A stretch of DNA of 63,738 bases, the filler included, from Collodictyon triciliatum (taxonomy: Eukaryota), in the NCBI GenBank assembly GCA_043381765.1. It is 4 parts of 4 records of this genome, joined end to end, with 100 filler letters (N's around TTAATTAATTAA, not from the genome) between each part and the next. Parts side by side here need not be neighbours in the genome. Positions count along the whole stretch, not along the records: positions 19,782 to 39,450 come from JBHJMP010001283.1; positions 39,551 to 57,226 come from JBHJMP010001286.1; 2 more parts are not named here. One strand, written 5' to 3'. Shown in pieces: positions 32,801 through 48,944 of this stretch. How positions within the stretch are numbered: the first letter of the stretch is position 1; each line of letters starts with the position of its first letter. The translations under genes were made by a program, and so were the position numbers. A model generated the notes under the pieces. That model was not told the DNA's origin. It saw only the letters and a program-made list of their open reading frames with translations, and made no database searches.

Positions 32801-35704
32801 GGGCGAAGTAGCACTAGCAACAATGGTATTGTTTTAGAATTCATGTCAGTTTCATTGCGAGGTTGCAAGGCTACTGCCTGATACGGAAAAAAAAAGAGAG
32901 AGAGAATAGAAAAGAATAGAAAAGAAAAACAACAAACAAAAAAGGAAAGGAGAAAGAGAGAGAATGACGACAAAGTATTTTTTCTTTTTACCATGGAAAG
33001 TTCGAGCGGACTTGAAATGCGCATAACACTCTCGCCAACTTTGGGTGCAAAGCTTCTCGTTGTCAAAGCAGTGTTCAACTCTTCCACCGTAATTTTTAGC
33101 AAGTTTGCAACGTATTCTGGGGCTAAAAGAAAAAAGAAAAAGAAAAAGAAAAAGAAAAAGAAAAAGAAAAAGAAAAAGAAAAAGAAAAAAGAAAAAAAAG
33201 AAAAAGAAAAAGAAAAAAGAAAAAAGAAAAAAGAAAAAAAGAAAAAAAAAGTCATTTATGAGCCTAATCCACAATCACTCAAAAGTTTTAACAGGGACTG
33301 AGTACTTTCTCCAAATAGAGCGATTTCAACACTTACTAGCCGCACTTTCGAACGCAGCGAGGTTTTGGCCTCCCATTTTTGTCTGGCTTTCCACAAAATC
33401 GATGTTACCAAGGTGAAGAACGGCCGCCAGAATGCGAAACATTTGTTGTTGAACATCGGCAGTGATTCCAAGAGTCTCCAACGCACTCTGTTTTAGATGC
33501 GGACATGATTTGAGTTGTCTGTATTTATAAATGGGACATATAACCGAGAACTTAAGCATATGATAGAGATGAGTCAACCAGTTTGTATTTACACTTTGAA
33601 CTGAATCGGATTTTTGCATAATTTTTTGTTAAAAATAAAGTGGAATAGGACAATACGAAATGTTAAAAGGAGATGTATTATCGTGGTTCGGCTATATGGA
33701 AGCATTTTATGTGCACATCACTTACTTTAACTCTGTCAAAATCTACAGCGTCGTCAACGCCTTCAATGGAGTCGCAGTCGCTCGATTTCAAATACTTGAA
33801 GTTGCTGGTGTCGCGAGATAGATGGAGCGAAGCTAATCGAGCATCAGGTCATCAGAATAAAATAAAAAAACTGGGAGAGAAAAAAAAGAGTATGTAGATG
33901 TTTGTAAATTAGTGAATGAGTTACAATATATGATAAAAACACATGTGAATCATTACAAAGTTCGGATTCGGTCGCTCCTTTGATAAGTTGGTAGAAAATA
34001 TGGAAAGAACGCTCTCCTTTGGCTCTTTTCACCACACGGGACTACAAATTCAACAAATCAGAAGTGCCATAAAAAAATCCAACTTCGTCACAGATGTTAC
34101 AAAAGTAAAAAAAAAAAGTGTAAAAAGTTTTAAAAAAAAATCTGTAAGATAAAAACGTAAATAAACAATCATTAGTATGAAAATTAAAATTCTGCAGGAC
34201 ACCTTCTCCAGAAGATCTGAGAGTTTATTAAGAAAAATATATCAAAATCGATTGAAATAACTCATAAAACAATCAAGTGTTTTGATGCAAAGCTAATGTT
34301 GCGTTATTTGCGGATACAGTTTGTGATTTTTCCTCCCACAGGTGCACCAGAGTAATCAAACTGAATCTCCATATATTTTCCAAAGCGAGATGAATTGTCG
34401 TTTCTCAGTGTCTTTGCGTTTCCAAATGCTGTAAATATGATAAATAAATGGAGATGCCTTCTTTCATTATTACTCGAAAGACAGTAAAAGTTACAGTGTG
34501 TAATCAGAGCATTGAGGCAAAATGTCATCACAGAGTGCAAGATTACTTCTGATTACAAATTGAAAGTAACCGATATCATGAAGAGTGGATTTGTTTTTAT
34601 AGAGCAAAGACTTCAAATGGGCAATGGAAAGAAAAAAAGATACATACACTCGAGAATGGGGTTTGAATCAAGCAGCTGGTTTTTCACACGCTCTCCGTCT
34701 GCCCCTGGTGTGTTTTTGCTGACTGCAGCCAAATACTGCATGATTAACTTGGAAGACTCGGTTTTCCCAGCGCCACTTTCGCCACTTTGATTTATATGGT
34801 GTTTTTTTTTTTCGAAATAATAACAAAATTCATCAAGGAAATATATTGATTAGATTCCCAACAAGAAAATAATTCACCCAATATGATTGATCACAAGTAC
34901 TTTTTTTTAAAAAAAAAACATTCACATATACGTTCGCTTAGTAATATCTTTATATATGAAATTGAAGAGAGAAAAAAACTCACGTGATAACGATACACTG
35001 GCTCACATGGGTGTGCATCAGAGCGCGGTATGAATCATCCGCAAGTGCATATCTCAAAAAAAAAAAAGATATATCAACAAAACAGAAAAAAAAATAAAGA
35101 GTTCGAGTGGGTCAAAGTTGTTCAAGTCGCATATGAGTGCGTATGATTTCAAAAGAATCAGTATTCTTGAACAAATTGAACAAGATAGGACATTCGGGTC
35201 ATTACGCAAAGCCGGGCACGAATCAAAGAAACAGCAACAACAAAGGGGTGATAAGTTGGAAAAAGCAAGAAAAGAAAGTCGGGAAAAAATGAAGAAAAAG
35301 AAGATAAGGAGGAAAGAAAAAAACAATATAAACTCACATGTGCGGTGGTACCTCGTAGATATACTTGGACTGGTATTTCTGGATATACTCCTCATCATAA
35401 ATCCCCATCTTCTGGTACGGATTCATAGCAACAAGCACTTCGCCCACATAAGTCTGATCAAATTGCAAACAAAAGTCATTTTATTCTCTGGAACTTTTTG
35501 AATAAAAAAACAAACAAAAAAAACAATAAAAAGTTATGGTCATTTTATAGAATCTCATTATATGTATAGTTTATGAAAGATCGCAAAGTCACAGACGTAT
35601 ATTTCCTTGGCATCGAAGCGGACGCGCAGGTTGTCGACCACTTTGCCTTCCTCCACACTGTCGATCAGAACGAAATCGTGGACGCCGACCGTCTTTCGCT
35701 CCAT
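26287..35704 (-). CDS. MYO1: Class I myosin heavy chain: motor, about 10 IQ motifs and TH1 tail; no SH3 seen
   Basis: [37 protein letters not shown]-loop [73 protein letters not shown] exon array; tail ending [18 protein letters not shown]...NTVSSP-stop. Confidence 0.93.
28586..28750. repeat. (AAAC)n/(AAAAC)n intronic microsatellite
   Basis: Directly visible, in the intron between two IQ exons. Confidence 0.95.
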
Positions 35705-36340
35705 CGCAGACTCTCCGGGAAATCTTCTGGAGGGTTCAAATCGGCTCCTTTTGAGGCAGACACTCAGACACAACCCCCAGGCCGCACCGGAAGCATACGG
35801 ACTCCCAAAAAAAAAAAGAAAAGAAAAGAAAAAAGAAAAGAAAAAAGGAGAAAAAGAAAAAAGGAGAAAAAAGAGAAAAAGAGAAAAAAGAGAAAAAGAG
35901 AAAAAAGAGAAAAAGAGAAAAAAGAGAAAAAGAGAAAAGGTGAAAGGTGTTGCTTCCTTCGCTGGCTTCTGCTGCTTGTCGCATGACTTGTCTTTCTCTT
36001 TCGATTGAGTTTTATATTTGTGTTTCTTTCGGTCTATGTTGATCGGCTTCAACTGACGTTTGAGTCAGAAAATGATACAATGTGGTGTTGTGATTATTGA
36101 TGAAGCAAAAACAAACAAACCAACCAAAAAAAAAGGGAAGGTTTGGATTCGGATTTCATATTATTTCAATGAATTTATATCCAGATATGGATTATTTCCC
36201 TGCATTGTTCGCGCTGACACATTGTATTCATATCCTAATCAGGATGTTTTCGCCGAAGATGAAATACGCATTTGGAGAATTTGTGGTTTGATTTGGTATG
36301 AATGAAGTGATGCAAAAAGATACGGTACATCAGCCATTGC

Positions 36341-39288
36341 TCAGCTTCCGCTTTCGTCGCTGTAAAGGCTCAGCACTTCCTGCAAAAGCGTGTCATCAGA
36401 TGCGGCGCTGTGCTTGGATTCTTTGCGGGCGTGACCATAAGTGATTCCGTCCTTTTTTTTTTTTTTAATGATGGTGATTAATGTTTGGGATGGAAAGAAG
36501 AGTGGACCGTGTGGTCTTCTATGTGATATCTCCGGTTCAAAAAGGAAAGCGAAAGGTTCACGGGGTGCAGAAGAAGACGGCATTTCTTTGATCCAGTTAA
36601 CATGAAAGTTGGTGATGATGAAAAGAGGATTTGATGACTTTGTGAAAAAATAAAAATAAAATAAAAAACACAGAAGAAAAAAGGAGGTGCATAATTGATT
36701 GAAAATTATTACTATTTCTCTGAGCTTCAGCCTTAGAACTTCTGATTCAATCTGCTGAATGCTCCCGGCCGCTTTTATGGCAGCATATATGTCTGGATGA
36801 TGGTCGAGACTTGATGCAAAAGGAATCGTTATTTTAGTATTCATAATTGTAAATATTAGATGAATTTCGGATGCTGAAGTGAGAAAAAGACCAATCTTTT
36901 AGGTGGGTGGCTATGGTAAATCTTGTGTCCATCTTACATGAAAATGGCTCGTATTTGAAAAAAAATGATTACCCGAAATTTTATATTTTCATAGCCGGAA
37001 ATAATAATAATAAAAACGACATCACTAACCTTTTTCTAAGAATATTTTTTATGTGGTCTCTCTGGTGAACGACTGAGGCCTCATAAGAAGAGGCATATTT
37101 GAGGTATTCTGTCGCAAAAAATTATGTATCAATGTCAAGACAGAAATTGTAATGTTTCCCGTGATTATTTCCCACCAGCAAAAGGAAGAGAAGGAGGAAG
37201 AAAAAGGCCTAACCATCAATAACGCCGTATTTGTCTGATGTTGTTCCAGTAAACAGAAAAGGATTTTCCAATAGTGCCTCTGAGATAAAGAAAGACAGGA
37301 AATAAGGCCTTATCGACATGAATTCCACATAGCTGACGCTATAAAATAAGAAAGAGTCCATGGAAGATGAAAGATAAAGGAATATTGACCAGCAGACATG
37401 ACACCGTCGCATTGGGTATACTGAACGCATGCCGTAATGTCAGCGTATGTTCGTATGTTTCCGTTTGCTTTGACATCAATATATTTGTAAAAAAAAAAAA
37501 AATTCGGTGATTAAGAAAAGGCGCCAATTTTCGTTGGACATAAGAACCAGTATGATTTCTTTCATTTGAAAGACATTCTCTCAAAGTATATTCTAAAATT
37601 GCATGACTCTTATTAAATAATAATTCAAACTTACAAATAACAGGTATCTTGACAGCGTTTCTTTGATGTGTGAAAAGCTAGTTTTAAAAAACCCATCGCT
37701 CGATATAAATCACGCAATTTGATAGAAATAAAATACGAATGAAAAAGGAAGTTTACTTCACAGCTTTGATGGCATCCCAATCTGCGGGCCCAACTCGCTT
37801 TCTGTGCTGGTTCAATCGAGTCCTTCCGTGAACAGCAATCAGCTGGAAGATTTTATGATCATTATTCTCGCAATCAAGTATTTTAACGGGCTTGGATTTC
37901 AAAAGGGCAGTTGAAATAACATTCATAAAGTCACCAACAATAATGATAATTCGATAAAAAAAAAAATAAAAAATCTAAAATCCTTAAAAATGACCTACAT
38001 TACAGCCGGAGTCTTCAAGCATCTTGGCAAATTGAACTGTTTCCTTTAACATTCAAAAGATAAAGCAAAACAGAAAAGGAGAGCTAGATAAGTTTTGAAG
38101 TTGAATCGTAATTTTTCAGCGGATGGTAAACAATAACCAAGATTTTCTGATTAATGGCAAGAAATGATGGGCCGGATATAAAAAAAAACTACCGATGTTG
38201 TTGACAAAAGTCTGATTTTGCAAAAAACAGGTATTCTCAAATTTGAGGACAAAGTTGTGACTAAAGGTGATGCGGTCAATGTTGCTGCGTTCATGAGTAT
38301 ATAAAGTGTAGATGTGGACACCCTTTCGGAAGTAAAAAAATAAAAAGGAAGTTGCATTCTATCAAATAATCGTAATTAGGATACTTGGAAAGGGGAGAAA
38401 CACATACCTACCGATCGCACCAAATTCCAGTGGGCTTTATCCAGCAAGTACGACCCGTACAGGTTTTCTTTGGCGTGTTTCAATGGACATCCCAGGTTGA
38501 TATCGATCGCATCGCATTTCGATTCCAAAAGGCGGGCTGCTTCCAACATGACGTCTGGATTATGGCCGCTGATCTGTGGTGGTTATAATTCATCACACGA
38601 TATTGATTAAATTCAGCGGCCTATGAAGAAAGTTCAAGATAGCTCCATCGCCATCATATGAGCTATAATCGGACATAGTTTTATCTAAATATCTCTTGAT
38701 GAAATGTTTTTCATTATCATTAAAGGATGTATCAATTTTCTGTGTAATCTCCCGTGATTATTTTACTGCATGAAAATATGCCTGTGCAACTAAAGGTCTA
38801 TCAGCTTCGCAGGTGCTGAACTCTGTTTGACGGTAGTCAAGGTCCGACACAAACCGGTCGCTGCATCATGTTTCGATGTTTTGGATACCACAGAATAACG
38901 TGAGGGGAAAAGAGAGAAAGAAAAAACAGGGAGGAAGAGGGTAGAGAGAGACAAGAAAGAGAGCTTGATGGGAAAACCTGAGAAGCATCGGTGTATAGCA
39001 AATGAGATTGGGTGTGCGACTGCGACAAAACATGCGGAAAGCCAATTCTGACTGGTCGATCTGTAAGTATAAATGATTTATCATAAACCAGTATTGAATG
39101 GAGTTAAAGAATGATTTCGTTTTTTTGGAGTTTTCGAGGGTTTGTGTTTTCTCATTGTGTAATATCGCCCAGCGATGCACACTTACCATCGGGGCCATTA
39201 CGTACGGGCACCTCTTCAACAGCGCTCGTGCATCTTCGGTCTTGGCTGCCGTCTTTGCCTCCGTCGTCGGGTGAAATCGTGCACTCAT
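36341..39288 (-). CDS. DUS1: tRNA-dihydrouridine synthase (DUS1-like), multi-exon
   Basis: YVMAPM|IDQSELAFRMFCR; YTPM; DRPLVAQ; DAIDINLGCP; PVFCKIR; LIAVHGRTR; GPADWDAIKAVK; ANGNIRTYADITACVQYTQCDGVMSA|EALLENPFLF. Confidence 0.9.
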
Positions 39289-39450
39289 GACTCCTCTTGA
39301 TCTTGCTTTATGTGTGGTACACTCGACTTTGAATATATAAGGTTTAATCGGTTTTTTTTGTTTTTTGTTTTTTGTTTTTTGTTTTTTGTTTTTTGTTTTT
39401 TGTTTTTTGTTTTTTGTTTTTTGTTTTTTGTTTTTTGTTTTTTGTTTTTT

Positions 39451-39550
39451 NNNNNNNNNNNNNNNNNNNNNNNNNNNNNNNNNNNNNNNNNNNNTTAATT
39501 AATTAANNNNNNNNNNNNNNNNNNNNNNNNNNNNNNNNNNNNNNNNNNNN
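39451..39550. other. Artificial contig-joining spacer
   Basis: N44-TTAATTAATTAA-N44. Confidence 0.95.
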
Positions 39551-39728
39551 CTTCTCTTCTCTTCTCTTCTCTTCTCTTCTCTTCTCTTCTCTTCTCTTCT
39601 CTTCTCTTCTCTTCTCTTCTCTTCTCTTCTCTTCTCTCATTCTCTTCTCTCATTCTGTCATTCTGTCATTCTCTCCTTTTATCGCTATCTGACCATGACC
39701 CACTTCTCCCTCACTCGCTGCCTGAAAG

Positions 39729-39869
39729 GCCCGTCGCGACGATACCCAGCGAGAGGACTTCAGCGATCTTGTGGAGGAGCAGGAGCGCAAAAAGAAGCGC
39801 AAAGCGCAGGCGAAACAAGCAGGCGACAAGTCCAAGAAGGACGAAAAATACAAGGACTTCAAGTTTTAA
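39729..39869 (+). CDS. SF3B2: Terminal exon of splicing factor SF3B2 (SAP145); the rest of the gene is not in the window
   Basis: After a pyrimidine tract and AG: ARRDDTQREDFSDLVEEQERKKKRKAQAKQAGDKSKKDEKYKDFKF-stop, matching the conserved SF3B2 C-terminus (EDFSDMVAE...KKRK...KYKEFKF). Not in the ORF track. Confidence 0.85.
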   Translation, partial: ARRDDTQREDFSDLVEEQERKKKRKAQAKQAGDKSKKDEKYKDFKF

Positions 39870-40281
39870 CACACCGCAAGGCACCGGCGACGCAGATACA
39901 CTGCAGCATAGTCATCAAAGAATTAAAAAAAAAAAACATGAACTAAAACTTTATTTATTTATTTATTTATTTTTGTACCCGTCTCTTTTGACGGACTGTT
40001 CGCGGCTTCAAGTCTTCATCCTCCAAAAACTTTTTTCTAAGAAGGAGCATATTTCTTAAGGGCATCCAAACTTTGTGCGGGTATAACAAGGGGGAAAAGA
40101 TATCATTTTGAATCTAATCAAGAGGAAGAAAGGGTTTTTTTATTATTATTTTTAAAAAAAAGGATGAGAAAAAAAGCATATATTTTAGAAATAGCGAGTT
40201 ACATTCCCAGAAAATAGTCAACCTCGAAACATATTCTGGCCCACCTCTACTTTATATTTTTCTTGCTTGGGAAATGGCTAC

Positions 40282-40345
<64 letters not shown>
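40282..40345. repeat. (GAT)n microsatellite just upstream of the SET gene
   Basis: About 21 copies, directly visible. Confidence 0.95.
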
Positions 40346-40368
40346 GTGATATCTAATGACAGCCGCGC

Positions 40369-43375
<3,007 letters not shown>

Positions 43376-43599
43376 AAGCAAATGGGATATAAAGCGGCAG
43401 CAGTAGCAAAGAAAGAAAACGAACAGAGTATCTTAAGAAGGTTGGGTAAACGTGCCCTTGGTTCTATTTACATTATACATAGCTAGTGATAAACACAAAC
43501 AAATACCCTCTTCTACAAAAGCAAGAGGAAATGGTTTTATTTATTTTTACCGTTGTCCTGCTCCGAATGCACAGCAATTAGCTTAAGCGATATGATTAG

Positions 43600-43695
<96 letters not shown>

Positions 43696-43955
43696 TTCCT
43701 TTATTCGATTCAAAGAAGTGATATGATTCGATAAGAGTGTATCCATACACGAGGTTCGGGTCTAGTATTTAGAGGCGTTGATGATAGGCCTTAGAGGTCA
43801 CACGAAAATCGGTGTATCTTTTATTCGGTGTTGAAAGAGAAAGAATCAAAGATAAACATAAAAACTTGCGCCTTGGTCTCCTTTCACTTCGATAGGTAAG
43901 GTTTTTTTTTGTGCTCGTATTTTTTTATTTAATATTCTTTCCGCATACATAGTCG

Positions 43956-45737
43956 TTAAGGTAACAGTCTCTTGAGCTCTGGAATGGATAACCAATGGTT
44001 GAATTTAACAAGTATTCAAGCGTGGAAAAGTAAACAATCAAAAAGAGAAGCCAATAAGGATTATTGAGGATAAACCCATACGTTCTTTCTGTGACTCTGT
44101 GAAGTGGTCGGGGAAAATGGTCTCAAAATCAACATATAAATCACCGAAGCTTTCATATTCGCGATAGATGGGCATTCCCTCGCCCTTGATGGTCATCACA
44201 TCACCTGGAATAGATTGAGTTGAGATGATTGAGTTGAGTTGTCACACATGCTCCAGCACCATTGTTAAATGTTGAATGGTGAATACAAAAAAGAGGGCCA
44301 CCGCAAATGCATGTGAATTTTAACGAGGATATCTCTAAGTAAAAACAAGTTGTGGGAGAATGCAAGATTTTCTGCTTCATTTTTTTTTACCACCAGTTAT
44401 TTGAATTTTTGAGAGAATGATTGATTCATTTGTGTTTTCACTCACCTGGCTTAATAATCTTTTTCGACTCGATTTTGACGTCTCTTCCATCCAGATGCTT
44501 TACTGTCTTTGAGAACCCAACCAAAGCCTATGTGCGGAACAACAAATAGATATTATCATAATGTAACGAAGTGGTGTGACATTAATTAAACTACTATGAG
44601 ACGTGAATTTGAAACATAAAAATAAAAGGAAAATACACACAACAAAAGAAAACATCACTTCATTTTACCTCCAAAAGTGTGATTTTGAGGCGGTATCGAA
44701 GGTCGTTTCCATGCCGGATAAAGTGTGAGTGAGGCGTTGATTCTACAACAAAGACAACATTGCCAGCAACGTGGTCGGGGTGCTCGTCACCATAGTTTTC
44801 CATGATAATCTGATGTCCTTCTGGTATGCCTCTTTCGATGTCGATGAGGATTTCCTCTTTACCTCCTGAAACCTGACAGTAAAATCGAGTGAGGCATTTG
44901 CAAATACCAGGTCATGGCCCTAAGTTGGTTTGAGATGATACGTGCGGTAGACTTTTGTTTTTAGCTCAGCATCTTTGTCATCGTTGATAATACCTTCTTT
45001 CCTTTGCAGGCGGAGCATTTGCTCTTTGCAATTTTCCCGGTGCCGCTGCAGACGTCACATCTTATAGCGTGGGATACGTTGTTGGTGGGTGTGTGATAAT
45101 GAATTACCGATGGATTATTGAATTTCCGGTCATAGTGCAAATGAATGTGGATATCATTAAATGTTTGATGTGTAAGATTGCTTTGAGGTATAAAAGACCG
45201 ATATACTGGAAGAATGCCCACAAGAAAGAGAAGAAAACATTAAAACTGGGAATAACTGCATACGTCGATTGCATCTGCTGAACAAATCCGGGTGCAAGTT
45301 GCTTTTGAATGATTCTGACTCCTCGTCCTAGGTTTTATTTCGTAATTTTAGAATATTTCCAAATGCTATAATATTGTACGAAGAGAACAGCGTGGAATAT
45401 GGATTCCAAAGGTTGCGTTCGTCCGATAAGTATTGGTTATTGGTGGATGAGAGTGATTTAAGATAGACTAATTGCCCGTTGCCGTGCTTAAAAAAAGAAA
45501 AAAGAAGCATGATGTTTATGAATGGGGAAGATGTAATTTAATCACTATTAACCTTGGCAATGGCTGCATTTCTGCACGTCTCTACTGTCTTTTGCACCAG
45601 AGCCGCGGCAAGTGGGGCACTTGATTTGACGAACAACTAATGCCTAGGTGTGGAAAGACCTTTAAAATTACAAACCATGATGAACTGGGTATTCTTATCG
45701 TATGAATAAGGAAGAGAGTGATACGCCATACTCAGAC

Positions 45738-45831
<94 letters not shown>

Positions 45832-47123
45832 CATTTATTCATTTTAAAAAATGGCTTTGGTAGATAGGCCTTGACATTGGAAATAGTGGGTTGCCCGCAA
45901 GTTTAAGTATTGAGGACTTGGTTAATTGTGCGCATACCTCTTGAACTGCCCCGTTATAGATATCCTCTAGCCTCACTTTGAGTGGTATGGTGATGTCTGG
46001 GCCCCTTTTCTCCTCGGGGTCTTGTGCTGTATAGGCAAGGAGTTAAATAAAGAAGACGTCGGCATATCAGCATGAGGCAAAAAGACGGAAGTGAAAAGAC
46101 CAAGTGATGTATCTCATGCTATATTTGGATGACGTACATTCTCTCTTGAAGTGGTTTCCGAATCCAAAACTTAGGTATTTCATTATTTCGGTGGTTGAAA
46201 TTAACACAATCAGTGTTCAATGCAATTTATGGTTCTAAATCTTTCTCTCTTTTTTTTTTTTTTGATTGAACAAAATAGACCGACCATACATGCTGGTAGT
46301 ATTTTACATTTGTCATTGAATTGCATTTAATGAGTCCATTTATCATTGTATTACTGAGAAAAAATGTCGAAAGGATCGCCAGATTGTTGTGAGCCAGCCT
46401 TGAGACCCTCTTCGCCGAACTGGTCGTACTTTTTTCTCTTTTCCTCGTCGCTGAGTACATCGTAGGCTATTTTGTTGATTTTTTTGTATGAAGATTCGAA
46501 ACCAATAGGAATCTGGCAGTTTCATTCTTCATTAAATAATCACTTGTATCACCAAAACAAACCAGCTGATATTTCCTGGAATTTGCTCTCGGCTTCTTTG
46601 TTGTCTGGTCAGAATGATAATAGAATGGAAGAAAATGTCTAAATCAGTGGCATATCAATACATAGAGTCTAATTCGACAGAGAAATACCAAGTTATGCCT
46701 TCTTATACCATAGACCAATATTATTTTGATAACGTCTCTCGTTAAAAAAAAAAAAGACCGGGTATTCACGGGGCTTCAAGGGAAACAAACAAACAAACAA
46801 ACAAACAAACAAACAAACAAACAAACAAACAAACAAACAAACAAACAAACAAACAAACAAACAAACAAACAAACAAACAAACAAACAAACAAACAAGCAA
46901 AAAAGCAAAAAAGCGAAAAAGAATTCAAACCTTTGTTTTTGTCAGGATGGTACTTGAGGGAAAGCTTCTTGAAGGCCGAGCGAATCTGAGACAGCTCTGC
47001 GTTGCGAGGCACACCCAAAATGCGGTAGAAGTCTCGCCCAGCAGAGCCAACATCTACCAAACAGACAACCACGAGGAACGCCACCGCGGCCGTGAACAAA
47101 GCAGCGCGCTTGAAGGTCGTCAT
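43956..47123 (-). CDS. DNAJB11: ER-lumenal Hsp40 co-chaperone (ERdj3/DNAJB11/Scj1-like) with CxxCxGxG zinc finger
   Basis: Signal peptide then [10 protein letters not shown]...[90 protein letters not shown]; ends EQLKRLLP-stop. Confidence 0.88.
46783..46896. repeat. (AAAC)n microsatellite in the first intron of the DnaJ gene
   Basis: Directly visible. Confidence 0.95.
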
Positions 47124-48100
47124 GTGGCAATTATAACCAGGGCTATGGAAACATAAATGGGAGAAAGTGCCGAAGAGACAAAGAAGCGTATTAGGAGGCT
47201 CGGAGACATAATATTTGTTTTTGATGTTTGTTTAAAAATAATAAAATAAAATAAAATAAAGGGTAGAAAAAAGGCCATAGGAAAAGGGTGAAGAGATGAC
47301 TTTGCAGTTCCTGCGTTAGATCACTAATTCCTATCATACACGTCTCTCTCGCTACCGCTTCCCCACTTTCAGGTATTCGGGCGGCCTTACGGCTTCTGCC
47401 CGATCGTTTTGGTCAGTTCTTCTCGCTCAGTTGCTGAGATTCAAGGGTCGGATTCATTATGTGTGTGCATACAAAAGAGAATCGAAGCAAATCAACAAGA
47501 GAAAGAAAAGTGCCAGTTGTGGAAAATATGGCGCGGTGCTAAATATAACCTTCCAGAACCTTCGTCCGGTTTCTGCGACCTTCCTTACTTGTACCTTTCG
47601 TACACGATGCATATTTTACAGCACACAAAATATCTTTTCATTCAATTAAATTTCTTTAGAGCATATTTACATATTTTGAATTACATTTACTATATATTCC
47701 ACATTTAATAATTATTTTACATGCAGAAAGCCTGTAATTGACATCATTTAGCGAATGTGGTCACCTCAAAGATCTGATCCATCCGCATCCGCCAATCCAC
47801 ACACGATCTCTTTGCGTCCGTCTCAGCACAAGCACCAAACCTCACGGACTTTCGGCCTCCACCCAACCAAAGCATGGCCAATACTCATTGAAAACTTATC
47901 GAGAACGCGCCTGTTGTTTGCGAAGACAGAGTACTTGCAACACAGTTTTCAGCTTCCTCTTCCTTTTTCCCTTTTCTTCCTCTTTTCTTCATCGACACCT
48001 TGAAAAAAGTACACGAGGCTTTTTATTTTTATTTTTTTCTTTTCTTGCCAGCTTTCCCTCCTAACCTCTCGACTCTGAAAAGCAATCAAGAGGCAAGGCA

Positions 48101-48764
48101 ATGAAGAACTTCGATCGCGACCCTTGTCCTTACCGCATTCTGGACGATCTCGGAGGCGGCTTTGCTATCGGACTCATTGGATCGTCGATTTTCCACACAG
48201 CAAAGAGCGTCTACACCAATAAGTCCGGAAACCGCATATGGGCCGCGAAGGAGGCCATCCGAAGCAAGTCGCTTGTGACCGCAGGTTTGTCCCAGCCTCT
48301 CTTCCCTCCATACTTCTCACAAAAGAAGAAGAAGAAGAAGATCAAAGAAAAGGCCGCCATTAGCCGGCCTTGCAGTTCTCTTTACTTCAAGTGTATGTAT
48401 GTGTGTTACTATGGCAAGAAAGAGAGCTTATTATTACTATTGCGCAGGAAACTTTGGGTCATGGGCCTTCATGTACTCTTCTTTCGACTGCCTCCTGATT
48501 GCCGCCAGAAAGAAGGAGGATCCGTTCAACTCGATCGTCTCTGCAGGCCTCTCAGGCGCCCTTCTTTCCGCCCGCAATGGCGCCCGCAGCGCCGTTGTTT
48601 CCGGGGCCATAGGCGCAGGAATGCTTGCCCTGATCGAAGGGCTCAACATCTCGCTCAATCACATGTTTGCCCGCTCCATGCGTGATCAGGAGGCCTCGCA
48701 GTTCGCCCAGGCACAGGACACTGAGGACTACGACTTTGCCTCGGCCCAGCGCCATGGCAAATAA
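48101..48764 (+). CDS. TIM17: Mitochondrial inner-membrane translocase subunit Tim17 (2 exons)
   Basis: MKNFDRDPCPYRILDDLGGGFAIG...; GNFGSWAFMYSSFDCLLIAARKKEDPFNSIVSAGLSGALLSARNG...LLALIEG-like motif. Confidence 0.93.
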
Positions 48765-48944
48765 CCCGCCCCGGTTCCTTGTGTTATGCTCCCCTTTCGA
48801 GTCGTCTTGACTCACTCTCCTTCCTTCTCCCTTTTTTTTTCCTCCTTTTTCTCTTTTTTTTTTTTTATCGTCTCTATATTAAAATTTCACCACACTCTTA
48901 CATCTCGATTGAACCCAACCTGGTTGTCCTTGTGATTGGCTTTA

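Noticed and set aside
47288-47440. Possible C/D snoRNA (GATGA...CTGA with hairpin TCGGGC...GCCCGA) between DnaJ and TIM17
   Set aside because: Box C is imperfect, there is no terminal stem, and no rRNA-antisense element could be recognised. An Rfam scan would be needed.
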